The notes under the pieces were generated by a model. The model made no database searches and had not been told where the DNA came from. It was given only the letters and a program-made list of their open reading frames with translations. 63,448 bases of DNA from an uncultured Leptospirales bacterium. Lineage in GTDB: Bacteria; Spirochaetota; UBA4802; UBA5368. The stretch spans positions 10,877 through 74,324 of the forward strand of contig CAZVEG010000005.1 in assembly GCA_964625625.1 (NCBI GenBank), given 5' to 3'. How positions within the stretch are numbered: position 1 is the stretch's first letter; every line of letters begins with the position of its first letter. The position numbers and the translations under genes were made by a program. Below, one piece after another: positions 56,241 to 63,448 of the stretch.

Positions 56241-56909
56241 ATGTTCGATATACGCGAATATTACGGCGACGCCGGTACCATGGAGGATCGCCCCGTCGAA
56301 CGCTCGACGGGGGAGATAGAGGAGGATATCTCCATTGACATCGACAATCTTCTCCGATCGCGTTTCGACTCTCTTTACCTGAAGGACCGGTTCAGGCATG
56401 GGACCTCCGCCGTGGAGATCATCTACCCGCGCCGCGCGTATCGCGGCAACCGTGCGATACTCAAGGGGCCGGATTACATCCGTTATCTGCTCTCCCTGTA
56501 TCCGCGCAAGGGCGACTTCGAGAATATTGAAAAGATAGTCCTCCGACCCCGCCACATCGAGGCCGGCGAAACCGAGCTGATGGCCCTGTACCTGCGTCAC
56601 CGCGCCATACTCGTTTTTTATCTGCATCATCCATGTCTCTTCGCGATCGAGAATTCGCGTTCCAGCGAATACGCGGAATTCCTGTCTTTCGAACTGGCCG
56701 AATCCTTCGTCGCCGGGGGGACCCCCGCGGAGTGGTCCGGGCAGGAGGGAATCCGCATACCGCCGCTGTGGTACGTGCTGTCCATAGTATCCCGGTCGGA
56801 CGACGCACAAATCGATAAGTTTTTTATCAGGCGCGATCCTTCCGGGGACTCAGGCGTATCGGGCCAGATCGACGAAATCTCATTTTTCTATTCCCGGAAC
56901 GGCTATTGA
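56241..56909 (+). CDS. hypothetical protein
   Basis: 222-aa ORF whose stop overlaps the next start; no recognisable motif. Confidence 0.7.
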   Translation: MFDIREYYGDAGTMEDRPVERSTGEIEEDISIDIDNLLRSRFDSLYLKDRFRHGTSAVEIIYPRRAYRGNRAILKGPDYIRYLLSLYPRKGDFENIEKIVLRPRHIEAGETELMALYLRHRAILVFYLHHPCLFAIENSRSSEYAEFLSFELAESFVAGGTPAEWSGQEGIRIPPLWYVLSIVSRSDDAQIDKFFIRRDPSGDSGVSGQIDEISFFYSRNGY

Positions 56910-57703
56910 AAGGGCTTGCCGATTATCACACGCATACTCCCCTCTGCGGTCACGCCGAGGGGAGCCCCGATGACTTCATCCGGGCGGCCGTGCGCGCCGG
57001 GCTTTCCGAGATCGGCTTCTCCGACCACGCACCGCTTCCCCCGGGCCTCCGCGAGGGCATCACCATGCTCCCCGGGCAGGTAGAGGAATACCTTTCACTC
57101 ATCGATTCGGCGCGGGGGCGGCACGGAGGCGCCATCGCGGTAAAGACGGCGATGGAGGTCGACTTCCCGTTTCATGAAAGCCTCGACCGGCGCTACCTTA
57201 CGGACGGCCGAATCGATTACCTTATCGGTTCATGCCACTTCATCGACGGATGGGGATTCGACAACCCGGACAATCTTCCCGAGTTCGACCGCAGGGATAT
57301 CGACGCGGTGTACGCGGATTACTTTTCCATAGTGAGCGAGCTTATCGCCACGGGCGTCTTCAACATCATCGGACACTTCGATCTCGTGAAGAAATTCGGG
57401 CACCGCGCCCGTGCGGACCATGGCGAAATGGTGCGCCGGATCGCCCGAGCGTGCGCCGCGCGGGGCGTCGCGATCGAGATCAACACCTCGGGCCTGCGCA
57501 AACCCGTGGGCGAGATGTATCCCTCGGAACCGATCCTCTCCATCCTCTTCGACGAGGGTGTGCCGCTCGCCCTGGGCTCCGACGCTCACAATCCCGACGA
57601 GGTGGCGTACGAATTCGCGCTCGCGGCCGGGACCGCGAGGAAGATCGGATACCGTTCAATATCGGGTTTCTCGAAAAGAAAGCGTTACGATATCCCGCTG
57701 TAG
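56906..57703 (+). CDS. PHP-family histidinol-phosphatase (HisJ-like)
   Basis: DYHTHT, FSDHAP, GSCH, GHFDLVKKF, EINTSG and GSDAH motifs. Confidence 0.88.
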   Translation: MKGLADYHTHTPLCGHAEGSPDDFIRAAVRAGLSEIGFSDHAPLPPGLREGITMLPGQVEEYLSLIDSARGRHGGAIAVKTAMEVDFPFHESLDRRYLTDGRIDYLIGSCHFIDGWGFDNPDNLPEFDRRDIDAVYADYFSIVSELIATGVFNIIGHFDLVKKFGHRARADHGEMVRRIARACAARGVAIEINTSGLRKPVGEMYPSEPILSILFDEGVPLALGSDAHNPDEVAYEFALAAGTARKIGYRSISGFSKRKRYDIPL

Positions 57704-57793
57704 GCGGAATCGCCGGCCCGGCCACGATCTCACGCGAGATTCCGGGACATCGGCAAAACCGCGCATGACGGCCAGGAGGATGGGAATACCACG

Positions 57794-58522
57794 ATGACGC
57801 TGCCGCGGCGAAACGGAATTCTCGCGATACCGGCCCCGGCCGGCCTTGTGATCGGCATCGCGGCGAAACAGGCGAATTCCATCGATTACTCGGCCGAAAG
57901 CCCCGGCATACGGAGACGGGAAAAGGAGCTTCTGAGCACCCGTATCGGCGCCCCGACGTATAAAATTCTCATGCTCAACCAGGTGCACGGAGACAGGATC
58001 GTCGACATCAACGCCGTCCCCGCGGACGACCCCCCGACGATCGCGGACGCCGACGGCATGATCACCGCGCTGGAGGGAGTGTGCCTCGTGATACGGACGG
58101 CCGATTGCGTGCCGGTCTTCGTATACGACGCCGCCCGGCGCGTTCTCGGAGCGGTGCATTCCGGCTGGCGCGGATGCCGGCTCGACATCGCCGGGAAGCT
58201 CGTCGAGCACATGAAGAAAGCTTATGGCTGCCGCCCGGGCGATCTGACGGCATTCATCCTGCCCGGCATAGGGCCCGGATCATACACCATCAACGAAGAT
58301 GTGGCCGCGCATTTCCCGGGCCACGTAACGCGGGATAACGGCTCCATACTCCTCGATCTGCCGGGAAGCATCCGTGAATCGCTGATCCGCCGGGGAGTGC
58401 CGTCCGATCGCCTATTGGCCGCCACGCACTGCACGCTCGAGGAAAATGATGTTTTTTACAGTCACCGCGCGGGGGACTCGGGCAGGAACCTGAATTTCGG
58501 CCTGATGCCCGACAAAGGGTGA
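57794..58522 (+). CDS. pgeF: PgeF/YfiH family protein
   Basis: QVHG, TADCVPV, HSGWRG and FYSHR motifs. Confidence 0.9.
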   Translation: MTLPRRNGILAIPAPAGLVIGIAAKQANSIDYSAESPGIRRREKELLSTRIGAPTYKILMLNQVHGDRIVDINAVPADDPPTIADADGMITALEGVCLVIRTADCVPVFVYDAARRVLGAVHSGWRGCRLDIAGKLVEHMKKAYGCRPGDLTAFILPGIGPGSYTINEDVAAHFPGHVTRDNGSILLDLPGSIRESLIRRGVPSDRLLAATHCTLEENDVFYSHRAGDSGRNLNFGLMPDKG

Positions 58523-58766
58523 CCGGTGCCCACCGGGGGCGTTAAACGATAAAAAAAAGAGAAAATTTTTGCACTTTTCCGAATTCTTTGCACTATTAAT
58601 GCAATTACTTCGTATTTTAATACCGGGTGGCTTTTCCTGTCGGCGGGGTGGCATTGAGTCTTCGGTACGCAGGGCAAGTAACCGTATCCGGAATGACATT
58701 TTTCTGATGGCACAAGAAATACAGAGCGCCTGAACATACGTGCCCCGCTATTCAAGGAGGATTATT

Positions 58767-59717
58767 ATGACACATCGGGAGGATGGCCCCCAGCTCTCGA
58801 GTCTGCTGGCTTCGCAGAAGCCTTCGGCGGTCGTCGCCGAGGTACGGGGTATTTTCTGCCGTCATTATTCCGCCCGCGCCTTCGCCCCGGTCTCCCGCGG
58901 CGCCCGGCTTGTCGGGAACCTCTTCGTGGGCAAATACCCCGGCTATCGCGCGTGCAACACCGAATACCACAATCTGACCCACACGATGGACGCGCTCCTC
59001 GCCTCGGCCCGGATAGTCGACGGTTTCAACATCCAGAACCCGCCCCTTCCCGCGCCGGTCGCCGTTAACCTGTTCTGCGCCGCGCTGTTACACGATACCG
59101 GTTATATCCAGGAGTCGTGGGATATGGAAGGAACCGGCGCGAAATACACCGCAACACACGTGGAGCGCAGCGTGAGTTTTCTCCAGAGGAACCGAGATGC
59201 GTTCCGCTTCGACGATGAATCTATCAGGATGATCACCAATACCGTTCGCTGCACGGGGCTCAGCGTTGATCTCGACACCATTCCGTTCGGTTCCGACGCC
59301 GAACAGTACGCGGGCTGTATACTCGGGACGGCGGACATCCTCGGGCAGATGTCGGACCGGGCCTACCTGGAGAAGCTGCTTTTTCTTTATTATGAATTCA
59401 AGGAGGCCGGAATTGCGGGTTTCAACACGGAATTCGACCTGCTCAAAAAGACCGTCGACTTCTACCAGATAACGAAAAAACGTCTGACCGAATCCTACAT
59501 GAACATCCATATCTATTCCCAGCACCATTTCAAACACCGCCATGGCATTGACACAAATCTGTACCTTGAAGCTATTGAGCGACAGATAGCATATCTGGAA
59601 AAAATAATAGAGGATGATTCTACCAACTTCCGACACAAGCTGAAACGCGGCCCATGGGTACACGAATACCGTGGAGACAGGAATGCCCCGCCGGTATCCG
59701 GTAATACCCCTTCATAA
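58767..59717 (+). CDS. HD-domain metal-dependent phosphohydrolase
   Basis: YHNLTHT, LHDTGY, HVERS and TADILGQM motifs; AAGGAGG RBS before ATG 58767. Confidence 0.85.
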   Translation: MTHREDGPQLSSLLASQKPSAVVAEVRGIFCRHYSARAFAPVSRGARLVGNLFVGKYPGYRACNTEYHNLTHTMDALLASARIVDGFNIQNPPLPAPVAVNLFCAALLHDTGYIQESWDMEGTGAKYTATHVERSVSFLQRNRDAFRFDDESIRMITNTVRCTGLSVDLDTIPFGSDAEQYAGCILGTADILGQMSDRAYLEKLLFLYYEFKEAGIAGFNTEFDLLKKTVDFYQITKKRLTESYMNIHIYSQHHFKHRHGIDTNLYLEAIERQIAYLEKIIEDDSTNFRHKLKRGPWVHEYRGDRNAPPVSGNTPS

Positions 59718-59971
59718 CGGTCCGATCAGTTTCGTCTTACGGCCGGCACATTTCTGTAACGACAGACCCCCTCGCGATACAGATATGTGCCGGAATCCTT
59801 CCGGCTCAATCGTACCATACCCCCATATATAATACAACTTCCGCCGTCTAGAATCGAACACGGCCACGTATCAGAGTCTCGGATAACGGGAAGTTACGGG
59901 AATGTTAAATTCCCGACCGGATGCATACGGCCCGCCGCTTTTCACCGGATATCAACTACCGCCCTGAAGTC

Positions 59972-59987
59972 CGGCACGGTTTATGCT
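59972..59987 (+). promoter_or_regulatory. sigma54 (-24/-12) promoter of amt-glnK
   Basis: CGGCACGGTTTATGCT with GG and GC at canonical spacing, upstream of nitrogen genes. Confidence 0.65.
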
Positions 59988-60031
59988 CGTAAACTGGCAG
60001 GTTAAAATTTTTCCACTATTCCGGGGGGCTT

Positions 60032-61453
60032 ATGAGAAAGTTATCAGGAATTCTGGCGCTCGCGCTGATTATCGGCGCGTCAGCGACAGCCGCATTTGCC
60101 GCGGAGAACGCCTCCGCGGCCGTTACCCGGGAGGCGCTCGACGCCCTCAAGGCATCCATCGCGGTCGGCATGGACACCGTATGGGTGCTTTTCGCGGCGT
60201 TTCTCGTCTTCTTCATGAACCTTGGCTTCGCCATGGTAGAGTCCGGCCTGGCCCGCGCGAAAAACACGGTCAACATTCTGGCAAAAAATTTCATCGTCTT
60301 TGCCATCGCCTCGCTGTCGTTTTACGCGATCGGCTGGGGGCTCATGTTCGGCAACGGCAATCCCTTCATGGGACTCGAGGGCCTGTTCTTCGTCAACGGC
60401 GCCGACACCAGCCCGGCGATCGGGGAGGCCTACAAAGGCGCCTATTCCGCCATCAGCTGGACGGGCGTACCGCTGTGGGCCAAGTTTTTCTTCCAGCTCG
60501 TCTTCGCCGGGACCGCGGCCACCATCGTATCGGGCGCCGTGGCCGAACGCATCAAGTTTTCGTCGTTCATCTTCTTCTCGTTCATCCTGGTCGGAATAAT
60601 GTACCCGCTTACCGGGCACTGGATCTGGGGCGGGGGCTGGCTCGCATCGCTCGGCATGTTCGACTTCGCCGGATCGACCGTGGTCCATTCGGTGGGTGGA
60701 TGGTCCGCGCTCGCCGGGGTTCTCCTTCTCGGCCCGCGGCTCGGCAAGTATCGCGCGGACGGCTCGGTCAATCCGATCTATGGACATAATATGTCCCTGG
60801 TGACGCTGGGCGGGCTGGTTCTCTGGTTCGGATGGTTCGGATTCAATCCCGGCTCGACGATGGCGGTCGGCGACGGCAGCGCGATCGCGCACGTGGCCGT
60901 TACCACCAACACCGCGGCCGCGGCCGCGATTCTCAGCTCGACGTTCATGTCGTGGGTCATACAGAAGAAGCCCGATCTCTCCATGATCATCAACGGCGCG
61001 CTCGCGGGCCTGGTCGCCATCACCGCCCCCTGCGCCTTTGTAAGCGTCGGCTCGTCGGCCATCATCGGGCTCGTTGCCGGGGTTCTCGTGGTCCTCGCGG
61101 TCATGATGTTCGACCGGCTCAAAATCGACGACCCGGTCGGCGCGCTTTCGGTTCACCTGGTAAACGGCATCTTCGGTACGCTCGCCGTCGGCCTCTTCGC
61201 CCAGGACAAGATTACGGGCACTGCGACCGGCAGCGGGCTGTTCTTCGGCGGCGGGCTCAAGCTGCTCGCTTCGCAGGCGATCGGAGTGGTCGCGGTCGGG
61301 GCGTTCACCTTCGTGCTTGCCCTTGTTGTGTGGTACGTCATCCGGCTCGTCATGGGGATGAGGGTATCGCGCGAGGAGGAAATCGCCGGCCTGGATCTTG
61401 GAGAGCACGGGATGAAGGCGTATCCCGATTTCCAGGGATTCCTGACGAAATAG
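60032..61453 (+). CDS. amtB: ammonium transporter
   Basis: FFMNLGFAMVESG, FAGTAATIVSGAVAER, DFAGSTVVH, WFGWFGFN and DDPVGALSVH motifs; signal peptide. Confidence 0.96.
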   Translation: MRKLSGILALALIIGASATAAFAAENASAAVTREALDALKASIAVGMDTVWVLFAAFLVFFMNLGFAMVESGLARAKNTVNILAKNFIVFAIASLSFYAIGWGLMFGNGNPFMGLEGLFFVNGADTSPAIGEAYKGAYSAISWTGVPLWAKFFFQLVFAGTAATIVSGAVAERIKFSSFIFFSFILVGIMYPLTGHWIWGGGWLASLGMFDFAGSTVVHSVGGWSALAGVLLLGPRLGKYRADGSVNPIYGHNMSLVTLGGLVLWFGWFGFNPGSTMAVGDGSAIAHVAVTTNTAAAAAILSSTFMSWVIQKKPDLSMIINGALAGLVAITAPCAFVSVGSSAIIGLVAGVLVVLAVMMFDRLKIDDPVGALSVHLVNGIFGTLAVGLFAQDKITGTATGSGLFFGGGLKLLASQAIGVVAVGAFTFVLALVVWYVIRLVMGMRVSREEEIAGLDLGEHGMKAYPDFQGFLTK

Positions 61454-61483
61454 CGCGTCCCAACACACTAAGGAGGAAGCAGC

Positions 61484-61825
61484 ATGAAGCTTATAATAGC
61501 AGTCGTACAACCCGAGAAGCTGACCGATGTAAAGGAAGCGCTTGCCGCGGCGAAGGTCGGGAAGATGACCGTCTCCAGCGTCATCGGATGCGGCGCCCAG
61601 GGCGGATATACGGAGTCCTATCGCGGTGTGACCACCGAGGTCAACCTGCTCGACAAGGCCCGCTTCGAGATAGCGGTGAACGATGATTTCGTGAAGCCGG
61701 CGATCGAGGCGATCATCAAGGGCGCGCGGACCGGCAAGATCGGCGATGGAAAGATATTCGTCGTTCCGCTCGAGCAATGCATTCGCGTGCGCACCGGCGA
61801 GACCGGTAGCGAGGCGATCGGCTAG
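61484..61825 (+). CDS. glnK: PII nitrogen regulatory protein
   Basis: YRG T-loop, [11 protein letters not shown] and RVRTGE motifs; adjacent to amt. Confidence 0.93.
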   Translation: MKLIIAVVQPEKLTDVKEALAAAKVGKMTVSSVIGCGAQGGYTESYRGVTTEVNLLDKARFEIAVNDDFVKPAIEAIIKGARTGKIGDGKIFVVPLEQCIRVRTGETGSEAIG

Positions 61826-61970
61826 CTCCATAGAAGCCGGGGCCGTACGGTTTTACAAAAAGCTTGTGCGGCCCCGACCCGAATGCTTATACTGTGGCTT
61901 CGGCCATTAATCGTAAGGATGCAAACACGAAACACCGTTTGATACAAACCTGAATGGAAGAGGAGTTATC

Positions 61971-62813
61971 ATGAGAAAATCAAGACTGCTGTTGTCGTGC
62001 CTGGCCGCTCTTGCCCTGCTTACGGCGGGCATCGCGCCGGGGAAGGCTCACGCCGAAGAAGGCGGATCGTTCTTGAAAATACCCGTTGGCCTCAGCTACG
62101 CGAGCACCTACTGGTGGCGCGGGGTCGAGCTCAACGGCAAGGGCTCGGGAGTGCTGTGGCCGTCCGTCGGGCTCGTGCTGGGCGACACGGGCATCTCGCT
62201 TCTGGTTGCCGCGGGTCTGGATGCGGACTATATTTCGGCCGACACCAAGGGCGATCGCAAGGCGATACGTCCGCTGCACGAAGTCGACTACGGCGCGTCG
62301 TTCGCGAAGGATCTCGGCGATATCGCGTCATTCAGTCTCGGCATTCTGTACGCCCAGTATCCATTTTACGACGACTTCGACTCCACAGCGGTCAATCCTG
62401 CCTTCCTGGAGGGGTCTCTTGGCCTCGGGCTCAAGACGATTCTCAATCCGCGGGTCGATTTTTATTATGATTATTACATGAAAGAAAGCGCCGCCGAAAC
62501 CCCGCAGGACGAAGACTTCTATGTCAAATTTTCACTCGGCCAGGAATTTGCGAAAACAGAGGACTCCGCGGTGACACTCTCAGCCTGGATCGGCTATTAC
62601 AACAACGCCTATGCAGACCTGGAGGGATTCAGTGACGCGGGTCTCCGGCTCGGTTTCCTCAAGGATTTCAGCGGTACGGCTTTCGCCGCTGGATTGTACT
62701 ATGCCCGTTCGCTCGACAGCGACTTCCAGAGGGCATACGACCCGGACGGCGACGGCGAGGGAAAGATCAAGAATCACGTATGGGCCGATTTCAGCGTATC
62801 AAAGACACTGTAA
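61971..62813 (+). CDS. TorF/Gcw_chp-like outer-membrane beta-barrel
   Basis: Signal peptide, STYWWRGVE, EVDYGASF, alternating beta-strands; follows amt-glnK. Confidence 0.7.
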   Translation: MRKSRLLLSCLAALALLTAGIAPGKAHAEEGGSFLKIPVGLSYASTYWWRGVELNGKGSGVLWPSVGLVLGDTGISLLVAAGLDADYISADTKGDRKAIRPLHEVDYGASFAKDLGDIASFSLGILYAQYPFYDDFDSTAVNPAFLEGSLGLGLKTILNPRVDFYYDYYMKESAAETPQDEDFYVKFSLGQEFAKTEDSAVTLSAWIGYYNNAYADLEGFSDAGLRLGFLKDFSGTAFAAGLYYARSLDSDFQRAYDPDGDGEGKIKNHVWADFSVSKTL

Positions 62814-62837
62814 CCACTGGATTCATCCTCCTGTAAC

Positions 62838-62868
62838 GAAAGGGGCGTGCCATGTGGCCGCCTCTTTC
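62838..62868. terminator. probable terminator between convergent genes
   Basis: GAAAGGGGCG...CGCCTCTTTC stem. Confidence 0.55.
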
Positions 62869-62875
62869 TCTTAGC

Positions 62876-63448
62876 CTATCCACAGCGCGAAAAACCGCAC
62901 ATACGGCAGACCGAGCACCCGGACTCGAACTCGAGCGGTCCGTGGCAGTCGGGGCATACTCCGACCATCACGGCGTCCGAGCCCTTGCCGTTGGTCTCGG
63001 CGGCGTTCTTCGCGGCCTCGCTGCCATGATTGTCGCGCGCATCCAGACCGAGGTGCCGCTCGAGCGCCTTCGCTATGGCATCGGCGCACGAATAAATGCG
63101 CCCGCCCTTCTCCCACGCCTGGTTCGGGCATCGCACGCCCTTGAGCTGCTTGATGATCTGCGCGGGCTCGATTCCACACCGAAGAGACAGCGAGATGAGC
63201 CGGCTGACCGCCTCGGTCTGGCTCGCGGCACACCCTCCGCTCTTCCCCATTGTGGCGAACACCTCGAAGAGCCCCTCGTCGTCCTGGTTGATCGTTACGT
63301 ACAGGGCCCCGCAGCCCGTGGACATCTTGCGCGTGGACCCGAAGGTGACCTCTCCCCGCGAGCGTGGCATGAGGTGGCACGGCGCTTCGATCGCCGGATC
63401 GCCGGGCGCGGCCTCCCGCTTCACCTCCAGCACCTGGTTCTCGCGCGA
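62876..63448 (-). CDS. nrdJ: class II (B12-dependent) ribonucleotide reductase, C-terminal part (5' end outside window)
   Basis: SRENQVL, TGCGALYVTIN, GKSGGC, SCADAIAK (TSCPD) and terminal CPDC...CRMCGFSRC. Confidence 0.85.
   Translation of the reverse strand, partial: SRENQVLEVKREAAPGDPAIEAPCHLMPRSRGEVTFGSTRKMSTGCGALYVTINQDDEGLFEVFATMGKSGGCAASQTEAVSRLISLSLRCGIEPAQIIKQLKGVRCPNQAWEKGGRIYSCADAIAKALERHLGLDARDNHGSEAAKNAAETNGKGSDAVMVGVCPDCHGPLEFESGCSVCRMCGFSRCG

Noticed and set aside
58660-58700. ACGCAGGGCAA resembling the start of a c-di-GMP-I riboswitch
   Set aside because: No GNRA-capped P2 and no GACGCAAAG/receptor region follows
59860-59930. GGAAGT core resembling a glutamine (glnA) riboswitch upstream of amt
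   Set aside because: The conserved CGUU/AACG P1 and the GAAG after P3 are missing, and the segment lies upstream of the predicted sigma54 start
1-63448. CRISPR arrays, IS elements, inteins in dnaB or nrdJ, selenocysteine or programmed frameshift recoding
   Set aside because: I saw no regularly spaced repeats, transposase motifs, intein insertions or interrupted conserved genes by manual reading; a computational scan would be needed to exclude subtle cases

Overview
63.4 kb of GC-rich, densely coding bacterial chromosome, mostly housekeeping and metabolic genes. I found no prophage, IS element, integrase or CRISPR array. The gene order and several hypothetical proteins look like those of a free-living anaerobic diderm, probably a spirochaete; this is inference, not a database result. 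Contents in order: two tandem SDRs (one resembling eukaryotic 3-ketodihydrosphingosine reductase), an acyl-CoA ligase, the MrfAB-type helicase/nuclease pair, pfkA, a 2-hydroxyacyl-CoA dehydratase-family operon, pcm, the rpsF-ssb-rpsR-DUF2232-rplI-dnaB-mlaE operon, an amidase-htrA envelope operon, glycerate kinase, a eukaryote-type UDP-sugar pyrophosphorylase, argB, three tRNAs interleaved with a membrane-protein gene and tadA, asmA, a three-gene class III cyclase operon, clpB, rhomboid plus vWA protein, a GlgD-like gene, a RACo-type ATPase, a second acyl-CoA ligase, a six-gene siroheme-dependent (Ahb) haem operon, a sensor-less phosphorelay cluster, PHP phosphatase, pgeF, an HD protein, a sigma54-type amt-glnK-porin locus and the 3' end of nrdJ. 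The best leads are: (1) a candidate ~75-nt sRNA with its own promoter and terminator at 56.0 kb; (2) a membrane cyclase lacking the canonical purine-selecting residue, coupled to two envelope proteins of unknown function; (3) the fully translationally coupled Ahb operon; (4) the KDSR-like lipid locus; (5) a GGA-rich, CsrA-like leader upstream of an exported helical protein.
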